NCBI GenBank assembly: GCA_964016885.1
Contig: OZ024740.1
Span: forward strand, 345,526,001-345,590,000
Source: Eledone cirrhosa
Lineage: Eukaryota
Length of the DNA stretch: 64,000 nucleotides
Direction: 5' to 3'
The translations under genes and the position numbers were made by a program. Position 1 is the first letter of the stretch, and every line of letters starts with the position of its first letter. Shown piece by piece: positions 26,555 to 39,338 of the stretch. A model generated the notes under the pieces. It saw nothing but the letters and a program-made list of their open reading frames with translations. It had not been told where the DNA came from and did no database searches.

Positions 26555-26790
26555 AGATAGGGTGTGGTAAAAAAGCAGGTGGACCATAACCCACCAGATT
26601 ACAGAGTGGGTAATATGAAAAGATTCAGGACCCCGATGGCTGAGCTCCGGCCGTTTTGACAGCTAGATGTGAACTGTACACCTTGATAAGTTCAGCTAGA
26701 TACCTGCCATTGGAATACTGACACTTTAGTTCGGATCTAGCTGTCGAAACGGCCGGAGCTCAGCTGTCGGGGTCCTGAATCTTTTCATAC
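26555..26790. mobile_element. Inverted pLTR pair (GAGCTC-loop family) between microsatellites
   Basis: 26617-26670 is reverse-complementary to 26735-26790. Confidence 0.85.
26678..26773 (+). ncRNA. Type I hammerhead, U3-A8 core, long stem II, 5-bp stem III
   Basis: acacc-TTGATAA-gttcagctagat...atctagctgtc-GAAACGGC(cggagctca)GCTGTC-ggggt; predicted cut after 26768. Confidence 0.8.
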
Positions 26791-26828
26791 ACACAGACAC
26801 ACACACACACGCACACACACACATACGT

Positions 26829-26897
<69 letters not shown>

Positions 26898-27390
26898 CAA
26901 AACGTATATTATATCCTCACTCACCAAATAACGGAAGAATAGTAAATGAAAACCACAAAACTACAACATAGAAATAAATCTAAACCAAATTTAATTATGC
27001 CAAAAAACAATCAAGACTAGCCCACTACACAGGTATTCACAGAAAAAGCTTCATCTGGTCACAATCGTTCTCAATGTTCAAGTTCTGACAATGGTTATGG
27101 ATACTAGATACATTACTAACTCATACAATACAGATCACTAAATCTTAAAACTATAAAACCATACACATGATTTGGTAGTTTGAAGATCAATGTAAAAAGG
27201 GTCGACTTGTGGTTAAACAACAAGAATTATAATATCACCCGCTAACCACTCTCTTTCCCACTCAATCTAGACAAGCGATGTAAGACCAACAGCATGCATA
27301 GGACAAACACTAGAGATATGAACAACCTTATTAACTCCTATTGTAGTATTTCACACTATCTCGGAAGCGACCTACAACGATACTTGTTCC

Positions 27391-27700
27391 ACTAACTAAG
27401 TACCCGCCGCTCGTTGATTGATTTATGGTCGAACAAATAGCGGCGAAACATCATCTCGCGTCCTAGGTTGCTAACCCCCCCCTACCGATTGCTATCGGAA
27501 TGGAAACGACTACTCGCAGGATTGAACCTCTGAAGATGGATGGGTTCGTTAGCGCACCTTCCTCGCCTTTCCCCGGAGTAAAGCATTCACTCTCATGTCC
27601 CCTGGACCTCTGAAGCAACAACAATCTGATGTTTTGTAAAGACATGAGAGTATTCTAGAGTATGTTACACATTTGCTGCCATAAATAAGTGCAGATGAAC
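27391..27700 (-). mobile_element. Possible Helitron 3' end remnant
   Basis: Minus strand ends gcggcgggtacttagttagt, like 1628-1655; upstream VFTKHQIVVA weakly resembles helicase VFSHGQLYVA. Confidence 0.25.
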
Positions 27701-28222
27701 TGCATGTAATTCATTCTTAGTGAGCTAATCCTGTATCCGCACAGGTCAGAAACAAAAGCATTTGTCTACAAATATAGGCTTCATAAGACAGCATGAGCCT
27801 CTGTGCATCAACGTTGAATAGATTTCGTTAAAATAATTATCAAATTGAAATGAGAACTGGTGCAGTGAGCATATAATCGACGAAACTCTCTCTAAGGTTG
27901 ACACAGCATTACCGCAGTCGAACAACTGTAAGTAGCAAAATAATGCACAAACTCCGTTATAACATCACCCCTAATCCATAAGCCCGTTCTTGACAAGTGT
28001 GTGCGTATGTCTCTTTGTATAAGTGTATATTCGTGTATATATGTGTGTGTAAAAGAAGGTAATTTTACGTTCTTCGACCATCACTTTAATGCCATTGTCA
28101 TCATTGCCATCACCTTCACCAACAATACAGATTTGGCGGGATTCTACAGCTTTATTAAGAGAGGGGGGGTAAATATACCACACATAGTGTAAAAGGTATA
28201 TACATATAAATAGTTAGAGATG

Positions 28223-28297
<75 letters not shown>

Positions 28298-28371
28298 TAA
28301 CATTACACCAACACATCACCCATCTCCTTCCATTCAAATTAGAAGCTACATTCTTAGCAAGTATGATGACA

Positions 28372-28599
28372 AGTAAGTATTTTTTGAAACAGCAAGCAAG
28401 TTTGAAATTAGAAAATAGAAGCTTTCACCGTATTTTTTTACTAAATAAATTTTAGCCTGATACTGGGGTTTAGAACACGCAGAGAAATGGAAAAAGATGA
28501 GTATTGACGTACATGGGAGTCGAACCCACATCTTTGGATATCCAGACCACTGTGCTACCAGGGTAAAATTTCTTTATCCCAAAATACAGTGAAAGCTTC

Positions 28600-28606
<7 letters not shown>
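28372..28606 (-). mobile_element. tRNA-headed SINE-like element with inverted copy of its tail at the 5' side
   Basis: A box TAGCACAGTGG (28547-28557), B box GGTTCGACTCC (28516-28526); aaaatacagtgaaagcttctatttt mirrors aaaatagaagctttcaccgtatttt. Confidence 0.75.
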
Positions 28607-28664
<58 letters not shown>

Positions 28665-28843
28665 TGTCTCTCTCTCCAGATATATATCCACGCACACACA
28701 CACACACACATACACACACATACACACACACACACGCGCGCATATATATATATAAAACGAAGGAAGTGTGGTAAGGAATCAGATGGACCATAGCGCACCA
28801 GAGTACTCAATACTTAGGGTAGTAGGATATATATATATATGGA

Positions 28844-28877
<34 letters not shown>

Positions 28878-28977
28878 AAGAGAAAGTGAGAGAAAAAGAG
28901 ATAGCGAGTGAGATAGAAAGATAGATAAATAGATGATAATAGACAAACAGGCAGACAGACAGACTGACGGATAGATT

Positions 28978-29010
<33 letters not shown>

Positions 29011-29535
29011 GGAAAGGATAAACGGTTAGTCAGACCGAGAAATAGATTTCGGATTAAAGTTACCGTATACTGTCCCCTGGGACCGTAAGGGGACAAACGC
29101 CTGTGGTTCTGCACGTCGGAGAGTCAGAGCGGAAGAAAGGTGGGTGGATTGGATTTGACATCCTTTCATCGACTGGTTGGTGCTGTTACTGTTGACCACT
29201 ATATAAACAGAGACACGCACATATTATCACCACCAACAAAAATACAAACAATGTTCAGTATTTAAATAAAAGTGTCTGAAAAAGAGGTAGATATATAGGA
29301 ATTTAACAAAACATGACAGTGAAATAGAGAAAAATTAGGGATAAGTAGGTGAGAGACAGAAGTAGTAAAGATAAACACATTTAATCAGAGACACTCAAAG
29401 GGAATGGGTTAGATAGATAGATCGAAAGAAAGAAAAAGAAAGACAGATATATACAGATCGATATAAAGACAGACGTATATTGGTAGAAAGTTACAGAGAT
29501 AGATAGATAGATAAATATATAGATAGAGAGCGAGC

Positions 29536-29654
<119 letters not shown>

Positions 29655-30032
29655 ATAAAGAGAGCCAGAGCGGGGTTGATATAAGAATGAATGAGAGAAT
29701 GAAGAACTATTGATGTAGAAAGGAGAAAATAAATCGTAGAAGTGTCAGTAACATGGTAAAGAAGCAACCACCAGCCCCACAGAAAACATAATACACACTC
29801 ACAACTGCACATGCATACACACACGCGCACGTATATATGAACACGCGCGCACACATATTCACACGAATTAAATGACAATGGGAGGCGGGTACCGATTCGC
29901 CTGTCAATCAGAAAATGCGGTGGTAGTTTCTTTGTTGCGATTGGCCAACTCGCTAGCTGGCCGACTATCTGTGAAATCACTCTTTAGTTGGTTGTTGCTT
30001 TGAACATTCTCCAAGCCGCCTCACCATACATG

Positions 30033-30103
<71 letters not shown>

Positions 30104-30104
30104 C

Positions 30105-30415
<311 letters not shown>

Positions 30416-30552
30416 TATATATATATATATATATAAGTATATATGTGTGTGGTTTGCGTAGCAATCCGTAGATGAATGATCAAGGAACATTGCTCAATAT
30501 ACAATGGTCGCACAAACATGTTAAATGTATGAAACATTGTCTATACTATGTA

Positions 30553-30927
30553 CAGTTGTGCCTCGGTATTTGCGGGGGTTAGGCTTGTAGACCATCGAAG
30601 AAGAGTGAAAAACCGCATATATTGGACGTTGTCTTAAAAACGCCAATAAGCGTCAAAATATAACATAAAACATCATTAAAAAATTAAGGGAGCGACTTAT
30701 GCGAAGGGGCGTCCGATAAGACGGTTAATACGTTATATTGTTATCAATAATTTACCATTAAGAAATATATATTGTATCGAAAAAAAGCGATAAAACATCG
30801 TGGCAGATATTTACAATTCCGCGAATATGCGGTGGTTTCTATGAACAATAATTTGTTACGTTCTAAGGAAAATTCCGTGAATAACCGAGACTGAGACGCA
30901 GGGATCGCGAATTCCGGGGGTATACTG
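30553..30927. mobile_element. pogo/Tigger-type MITE
   Basis: ta|CAGTTGTGCCTCGGTATTTGCG ... CGCGAATTCCGGGGGTATACTG|ta: imperfect TIRs starting CAGT, TA duplication. Confidence 0.75.
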
Positions 30928-31211
30928 TATATTATATATATGTATATAAAATTGACTGTAACATATATGTCAGGTAAATTATGTGATAGATATATTTATG
31001 CTTTTAGCAAATTAGTCTGCCTGCATACTAGTGCAGTGCTTTCAAGGAACTTGTTTTCTCCAACACTGGTACTATTTTATCGACCTGCGAAATTGCAGGA
31101 CATAAGTATAGATGTCAGACACATATATAAATACATACACATACATATACACACCACATACACAAACAAACACATAAACTCAAACACAAACATACGTATA
31201 TAGGTATGTAC

Positions 31212-31242
<31 letters not shown>

Positions 31243-31852
31243 TGTATGTATGTATGTATGTATGTATGTATGTATGTATGTATGTATGTGTGTATGTATA
31301 TATGTATGTACATACATACATATATATGTTTATGGGAGTGAAAGGCCCCCACGTGTTGTCACAACACCTTTATAGGAGAGGGAAACTCTGAAAAAAAAAA
31401 CCCTGCAGCTTTGGAAACATCCGATGATGTTCACCAATTCTCCTTTTCGGGTAGTGTTTTCGATGCTCAGAGAGTGAGATTTTTCCCCACTTAAAAAACT
31501 TTCAAAGCACAGAGGTTTCTTGTTCAGGATATGTTGCAGGTTTGTGTGACTGGACGTAGCCTACAAGTGCACCAAACGCTATAATCTTCCAAGCAATTGA
31601 AATGCTCTTGGCAGAGTTTGCAGCCATCATATATTTCTGTATGTCTACGTGTTAGTGAGTATTTATGTGAAAACTTGGCGCGTATAGAGCGAAACCGCTA
31701 GGTAGTTTCGGACACTATAAAAATGGCACGAATATAACATTTTAGCCGTCCCGAAGACTGACATTACTTTCTGCATATGCTGCAATGAAAGGGAAAAGAG
31801 AAATGCCACACTCAAGCAACACACATGAAAGTCATTCAGACCAATTTATTAA

Positions 31853-31945
31853 ACATATTACAATCGTTTCTCTGGCGACCAGCTCGAGGGACGATCGATG
31901 TAATGATCGAACCTGACTCTGAAATCGCAAGATCCTCAGATACGT
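31853..31945 (-). ncRNA. Type I hammerhead with ~60-nt extended stem II, intact core
   Basis: acgtat-CTGAGGA-tcttgcga...tcgccaga-GAAAC-gatt-GTA-atatgt; left arm of palindrome ~31845-32100. Confidence 0.85.
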
Positions 31946-32000
31946 TTATATTCGACGAAGCAGAGTTACCATTTTGGAAACTCTGCTTCGTAGAATCGAG

Positions 32001-32093
32001 ACGTATCTGAGGATCTTGCGATTTCAGAGTCAGGTTCGATCATTACATCGATCGTGTCTGGAGCTGGTCGCCAGAAAAACGATTGTAATATGT
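32001..32093 (+). ncRNA. Mirror copy of the extended-stem-II hammerhead (G12 to A)
   Basis: acgtat-CTGAGGA...tcgccaga-AAAAC-gattGTA-atatgt. Confidence 0.75.
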
Positions 32094-32207
32094 CTAATAC
32101 ATTTTATTCGTCACAACACTGATTCTCCGTTTCTTAATATTTATATTTATATTTATATATTTATAATATTTATATTTATATTCATATTTATATTTATATA
32201 TATATAT

Positions 32208-33135
32208 GTCATTGAGAGCGACGTGTCAGGAGGAACTGGCCCGCGCTGTGATGGCAAGACAGAGGGTGAAGGCCCAACTGACAACAACCGCCCACCAGTG
32301 GCATTAATGTGCACTCATCATAAAGAAGGGTACCGGTTGATATGGAGGGTACCGAATTGATCCATGCGCTGCTGTTGGGTTGAGAAGCAGAGCGGAGGCA
32401 GGCGAGCCGGTGTTGGCCCAAGCCAGACTCGATCTGCCTGACAGAAGATCTGCAACTGATGTCGTCGCAGCTACGTTAGACCGTGGACAGAGAGGCCTTC
32501 GCCTGTCCAGTAGGCCAGAACCTGTTCCATCTCTGGGATGAGGTCAGGTTTGGCCGTCTGGCTGAGAACCTCGCTGACGAGAGCGAGCTGGAGGAGATAG
32601 AGTAGCGTTAGGCAAGTAAAGCTAGATCCGAAGCTGATCGGAGGCCGAGGCCAGTGAACCTCGCTGGGAGTGTTACCTGTTGCCAGCCTGCGTTGTCGAA
32701 ACTGATATTGCAGATGAGTTCTGTACAGCATTCAATGGTGGCGTCAAGTTCCCCGAGAAGATCTGGACGGGTGTGGCATGGTGCATCCTGCAGCGTGAAT
32801 GTGAATTTGGGGGGCAAAAAAGTTTCTCAAGAAGAAGAACGCAGGACGAGGGTCAATAAGGTGCAGCCTCTCAGCCAATGGGTGCAAATCCGCATGCTTG
32901 GTCTCCAAACATCCTCTTATGGCTTTCTGGAGCGTGGGGGAGCCTAGAATGCATGCGGCATCCTTGGGTATCAGTCGAGCCCCGGCCAGAATGAGATGGG
33001 AACAGAGTACGGCGTTGCAGAATTCGGCCTCTCCGTAGCTGATGTTGATCACCTCAGACTTGGTTGCGTTGATCTCAAGTCAAAGGAGCTTTTGAGCTGG
33101 CATGATTTGTCGAAGGTCCTCAACTACCATATCAG
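32208..33135 (-). mobile_element. CRE-clade non-LTR retrotransposon fragment (RT end to zinc knuckle)
   Basis: LEINATKSEVI, ILGSP, AFFFLRNFFAP, WQQVTLPARFTGLGLRSASDLA, SSAWINSVP, GLHPLSC; GC-rich, frameshifted. Confidence 0.8.
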
Positions 33136-33589
33136 CCCAGGGTCACATAGTCAAGTTACCAGACGTTTAGGGGTACCGGACCGACCGGGTTACGTCGTCG
33201 ACTATATTGTTCTCAAATCTTACCCGACAGTAAACAAAAAAAAAGAAATAAATGAAAAAATAAAGGAAATAAGGTCAGTTATAACACTATATCTGAATTA
33301 AAAATGGGATCAATTTGGTTAGAATCTTTTTGATTTAGGTCGTCTCGATCAGCATTGATATAGTGCTAAACAAAACCCATAACGTAAATACCCAGCAAAC
33401 TAAGGAACCTCTATACAGTCACCCAACTCCATGAATATATAACCATATCAAATACTCTCGTATTATAATTAGATGATGGCCAATCAAGAACGGCTCTTAT
33501 AGGAAGTGTAGTAATAAAGTTAGTACCATAACATGCCTTCAGCCGAACAAGTAAAAATCTAAAATAATATTTTCTTATCGAATAATACT

Positions 33590-33803
33590 GGTTTCTTATA
33601 TAGGCACAAGGCCAGCAATTTCGGAGGAGGGGTAAGTCGATTAAATCGACCCCAGTGAATGACTGGTACTTTATTTTACCAACCCCGTGATGATGAAAGG
33701 CAAAGTTAACCTCGGTGGGAATTGAAATCAGATCATAAAGGGCCGTAACTCTATGCTGTAAAGGATGGCGCCCGACTCTCTACCGATACTGCCAATCCAC
33801 CGG
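33590..33803 (-). mobile_element. SINE family A, copy 7 (long-tail subtype)
   Basis: Full head, body and gtcgattaaatcgac tail. Confidence 0.9.
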
Positions 33804-34107
33804 CCTTTTATATCGAATAATAATAATATATTAATAATATTATTAATATTAGATTCGTTTACAAGCACACAGCTTCATAAAACCATGTCCACTCTTTTTT
33901 CCCTTCTATATTTGCCCTGTTCGTTCTTTTCTTCTCTCTTTTCGTCATCTTCGTCTTCTTCTTCTTCATAATCCCCTTCTTCACCCCCTTCGCCTCCGCT
34001 CCCACTCCTCATTAAGCAAGCGTGGTGGGGTTGCAAGCGTTTATGTCACCGAAACACGACCATGCATAAGTTGTACTGGGTTACATGTTACCAGTAGCGC
34101 TGACGAG

Positions 34108-34203
<96 letters not shown>

Positions 34204-34206
<3 letters not shown>

Positions 34207-34677
34207 ATACTTGGGGAGGGTCATATTTGTGTAATAATATTGCCAAAATTAATAACAGAACACACTCACTGTTTGGTTCGTTTTCGCTTCTGTGTCTTTT
34301 ATATCGGTTTATTTAATTTATTCGGTCCTCAATGTTACCATTGACTGACCAACGATCAAACATACAGATACATTATAGACACAAACACATATATATAGTC
34401 TAACAAAGTTCTTTCATTGCACATCCGCAACATCGTCAGTGCTGCTATTATGTTTCCTCCCGTTGCATTGTATGCCTACGCCATCTTTATTTAGTCTGTT
34501 TATTTATTTATTTGTTTTGATTTTTTTGTCTTCTCTGCGCATGCGTTTGCGTGTGTGTATAGTGTTTTGTTTGATGTGTGTTCGTGTTTGGGTGGGTGAC
34601 TGTGTATTGGTTATTGTATTCTATTTTATTTTACTAGTATGTGTTTATATGTGTTTGTTGTTATTGTGCTTGTGTAT

Positions 34678-34716
<39 letters not shown>

Positions 34717-35430
34717 TACTTCTCTTAGGTCAGTGTTGTTTGTTTGGGTGTTGTTATTCCATTCATTTTTTCTGTTTAGCCTTGGCCTTCTAAGTTCTAT
34801 TTCGCTGGCCTCTCTGATTTGCCTATCTGCTGGGTCATTTCTATGTTTAGATATTATTCTAACTTCTATGTTGTCTATGTTACCGTTGTGTTGTTGTCTG
34901 GCATGTTCGTATAGTACTGAACCGTTTTTTCGTCATTTTAGTTCCCTCCAGTGTTGATCTATCCTTTCACCTATGCTACGAGCTGTCTCGCCTATGTATG
35001 TTGTTGTCATGTTTCTGCAAGTACCCTCTGTACATCTTATGCTATAGACTACGTTTCTAGTTTTACAGTTTATCCGGGGGTTTACTTTACATATGATACA
35101 TTTCCTATTAGTACAGTGGGTTTTCTTAAAAGGGTAGGTTTTGCTGATCAGGGATTTTATGGTGGTGCCTGGCTTTTCTACCACCTTAATCTTTAAGTGG
35201 GTCTTTCTCGGGGCCTTTCTACACTGCTTAGCTAATTTCCCTACAGGAGTAGCGTCCACAAACATGACATTCTGGTATCTCTGTGGCTTTCCCTATCTTA
35301 TGTCTAGTCCTATCTAAGCTATTCCATGATTTCCTCCTGTATAATGGGCAAATTCCTTTCATGTTCAGTTCTATGAGGGTCTTATACTTCTCCGTGGCTC
35401 CTTCGTATACTCTGATTCTGTCACCATATG
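34204..35430 (-). mobile_element. 5'-truncated PLE: GIY-YIG endonuclease plus 3' UTR, in (TA)n
   Basis: CTNRKCIIC...CKTRNVVYSIRC...YIGETARSIGERIDQH, frame continues past a stop to ~34765; hammerhead at 34402; (TA)n both ends. Confidence 0.9.
34402..34443 (-). ncRNA. Minimal type I hammerhead in PLE 3' UTR (slightly degenerate)
   Basis: agca-CTGACGA-t-gttgc(ggatgt)gcaat-GAAAG-aa-CTT-tgtt. Confidence 0.6.
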
Positions 35431-35473
<43 letters not shown>

Positions 35474-35629
35474 GTGGTGATTATCGCTAAATATTGATGT
35501 TGATTTGGTTATCAATATTAATATTATTGGGCACCCACTGAATAATTATAAGAGCCCACTTGAATAAGTATTGTATATATATATATATGCATACAGACAC
35601 GTGTATATATATATATATATCATCAGAGG

Positions 35630-35870
35630 ACCTTGATTCGTACATACGTAACTAATTTCGGCCTTTTTTCTAGGGCTGGATGCACTACCTAACGCCATCC
35701 ACATTTACAGATTGTGCTGGGTAATTATTGACGTGGCACCTTCGAAAGCTCTTTACAGTGTGGACTGGGAACTTTTGTCGTGACACATACACACCACAAT
35801 ATAGTGACGCCTAGGCTCATATTGTCGAGGCTCTAGGAAGAAGACTTTATGGTGAGGGTCGGGGACATAT
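35630..35870 (-). mobile_element. SINE-like fragment
   Basis: ggctggatgcactacctaacgcca resembles the reverse complement of the common ggcgttaggaagggcatccagc SINE segment (recall). Confidence 0.4.
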
Positions 35871-36078
35871 ATGACTGTGCATGCGCGCGCGTGTATGTGT
35901 GTGAGTGTATATGATGGTAGTATATCACAGCAAGAAAAAGGTAGATAACGTCAGTCACCACCTATAAAATCAATAGTTAAAGGCTTTCAGGTTTTATTCG
36001 TAAACATATCGTATATTATTCTATATACGACCTTCATATACACGTATATATACTTTGTTGGAGTGAATGTCCTAATTG

Positions 36079-36154
<76 letters not shown>

Positions 36155-36245
36155 CAAAGGAATTGTGGTAAGGAACCAGATGGATCATAACGCACCAGAG
36201 TACTCAATACTTAGGGTAGTAGAGTGGGAAATAGGAAAAAGTATG

Positions 36246-36341
36246 ACCCCGACACCTGAGCTCAAGCCTTTTCGACAGCTATTTCTGGACTAAATTAGAA
36301 TTTTTAGCCTGGTGAATAAATAGTCGTACTTGTCAGGGGGT
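36246..36341 (-). ncRNA. pLTR hammerhead (GAGCTC-loop family), mutated copy
   Basis: acccc-CTGACAA-gtacgactattt...aaatagctgtc-GAAAA-ggcttgagctcaggt-GTC-ggggt. Confidence 0.7.
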
Positions 36342-38464
36342 ACTTCCTTATATGGGAAGATTGTAGTTGTCAAGAGGATTGGTTAAAATATGTTGTAAAC
36401 ACAAATAAGTCTATCATGGCATTTGGTGGGAGGTAGAGGTGACTGAACTTGCCTGTAGAACAATAGGGGAGTGAGTGGAGCGGTCAAGCATTGAAAATGA
36501 TATGTATACAGCAGAATCTAAGGATAGTGTATGAAATGGAGGGGGGCGGGGGTTATAGAATAGGTAATTCGAATGAGAGTAGGAGACAATAAAAGATAAT
36601 AGAAATAAATAAAAAAAATATATAAAATTAGATAGTGAGAAACGAATAAAAGAAATCACAGTGCTATCTTACAATTACAGATGAATAAGTTGAGAATAGA
36701 AAAAACTTGTAGAAATTGAGTAGTACCAGAACTGATACAAAATTAAAGGGGTTTAACACGTCTGTTATAGATAGTTAGTAAAACGTATTCGGATAATTCT
36801 ATCTCAAAATTTCAGGGGTGGGGGGAACTGATGCTACAGAATCCCGATCGGCTGCATCGGGTTAGGCGAAAGGGGAAAAGCAGACGAGGAAGAAAATAGG
36901 GGGTGGAAGGAAGTGATAGGATGAGACAGGGGGAAGAAGAAGACAAAGAGGAAAATAAAAGAAAAGAAAAGAGATACATCTACCTAAGTAAGCTGGGGTT
37001 TCCCCTAACTTATTCAGCAAGTGTGTGTGTGTGTGTATGTGTGTGTGTGTGTGTGTGTGGGGGGGGGGGTTATCAGCCCTTGTCTACCCACCCGGATCGT
37101 TATGGGGTTTGAGGGCGAGGTAAGTCCTACGCAATCTGTGTTTGCATGCGGTTACCATTTCGTCTTTCTTGTTTAGGAGTTGGTCCGGAAAACAACATTT
37201 GTAATGTTTCCTCCGAGCATAAGTTACACGGACGACGTCCTCCCGTGTAAGAGTTAGCTCTGGATAGCAAGCTCCAAGTGAGATTGCAGGCAATATTATT
37301 ATCTTGGAGGTCCCAGATGTGGCCCGAAAGTGTAGTGGCATGTCGCCGGACCGGGTTTCGGAGAGTATGTCGGTGTTGGTAGAGCCGGGTCTTGAAGTCA
37401 CACGCGGTTAATCCTATACAAGCTTTGTTTGTAGGTGTCCGTCCTCACGTTGCACTGGTAGATCACGTTACGTTCTCGGCATTTGTTGTTGAGGGGGGCA
37501 CGTAGATCTATCAGGGCATTCACACCTCCTGGTCGGCTCTCCACTGATGTCTACGTTATTTCTACCATAGGGGTTGAATTTTTTGTTGTTTGAGGAGACG
37601 ATATTTTGTGCGAAGTTAGGTGTGGTGCTGTAGGAGAGTATGATGGTGTTTTTATTGATTATGTAGTTGTAGCGGTGTTGTAGTGGGAAGTGTTTTTCGA
37701 GGAGTCTAAAGAAGATTTTTCCGATAGGTGTTGCCACCTCGGCATTATGGGGAGGATTGAACCACATTACGTTGTGTGAGCGGCGGTGTCGCCTGCTCGT
37801 TCCGCTAAGGGAAGCTGGATGAAAGGATATTTCCTCCCGGAAGCCACTCCGCTTGAGGGCCTGGTTGTAATGAGGCGCGTGTTCGTCGAATATCTGCTCA
37901 TTAATGGACAAACGAGATATGCAGAGGGAGATGTTTTAAACCAGATTATTGGTGATGTTTCTAGGATGGTTAGAGCGGCGGTGGATGTAGTGCAGATTGT
38001 CGTTTGGTTTCCTGTATGCGTAGTACAGATCATTTTCGAGGTTAAGGGTAACGTCCAGGATATTGACTCGGGTTAGGGATATTTGTAGGGTGATTTTAAA
38101 TCCCAAGTCCCGGAAGAAGTTGATTAGTTGTTTACGGACCCGGTCTGTACTACTGGGGTGGTACCCTTTGAGGGTGAGGAGCCCATCATCCCGGTGCAAT
38201 CCACCGCCGAATGCAGGAAACATTTCGGTGAATTTAAATAGTAGGAATAATCCTATAAGATCTGTGACCTCGGCCGAATCCGTTGCGCCCATACTGACGT
38301 CTAAAGGGGAGTCGGGAGGTCTCTTTATCCACTTGGAGTTGTCGAAAATTAGGACTGTCTTCCTGGCGTGGAGAATGATATTTCTTTCCAGGTCAGTGAT
38401 GGGTGTGAGTGTTTCGGCAAAGTCCAATCCTCTTAACAACTACAATCTTCCCATGTAAGGAAGT

Positions 38465-38561
38465 ACCCCCTTGACAAGTTCGGCTATTTATTCACCAGGC
38501 TAAAAATTCTAATTTAGTCTAGAAATGGCCTTTGGAACGGCTTGAGCTCTGCCGTCGGGGT
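38465..38561 (+). ncRNA. pLTR hammerhead (GAGCTC-loop family), U3-A8 core, A13 mutated
   Basis: cccc-TTGACAA-gttcggctattt...aaatggccttt-GGAACGGC(ttgagctct)GCCGTC-gggg. Confidence 0.75.
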
Positions 38562-38580
38562 CATACTTTTTTCTATATAT

Positions 38581-38650
<70 letters not shown>

Positions 38651-38651
38651 T

Positions 38652-39060
<409 letters not shown>

Positions 39061-39063
39061 TAG

Positions 39064-39112
<49 letters not shown>

Positions 39113-39214
39113 TATTGAAGTTTCCGTTGAAAATTGAAAAAGTCAGAGCAATGAAGAGTGCTCTAAGTAAGTTACTGAGCTAAATAATTAATGTATAATA
39201 AACAATACAGTATA

Positions 39215-39282
39215 CCTCATTACCAGAGGCTTCCCGAATAAGACGAATACAAGAAATGTCTGCATTCGTTCATCAGACAAGG
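39215..39282 (-). ncRNA. Degenerate type I hammerhead in a (TA)n-flanked insert
   Basis: ccttgt-CTGATGA-acgaatgc...gtattcgt-[cttattcgg]-GAAGCC(tct)GGTA-atgagg; 6-bp stem I, 8-bp stem II. Confidence 0.55.
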
Positions 39283-39297
39283 CAATTTAAAACATAG

Positions 39298-39338
<41 letters not shown>

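Larger units (their letters stand above)
36153..38575 (-). mobile_element. 5'-truncated PLE (RT + GIY-YIG, frameshifted) with 3' pLTR (36153-36385) and inverted 5' pLTR (38425-38575)
   Basis: ORFs 37936..38439 (DVSMGATDSAE, GLHRDDG, LDVTL, YRKPN), 37468..37911 (WFNPP, CECP..CP), 37084..37401 (LLNKKDE...CKH); terminal inversion; (TA)n flanks. Confidence 0.95.

Noticed and set aside
28510-28563. Functional tRNA gene
   Set aside because: A-B spacing too short, no cloverleaf, embedded in a repeated element.
31380-31830. Tc1/mariner-like fragment
   Set aside because: No TIR pair or catalytic motif found.
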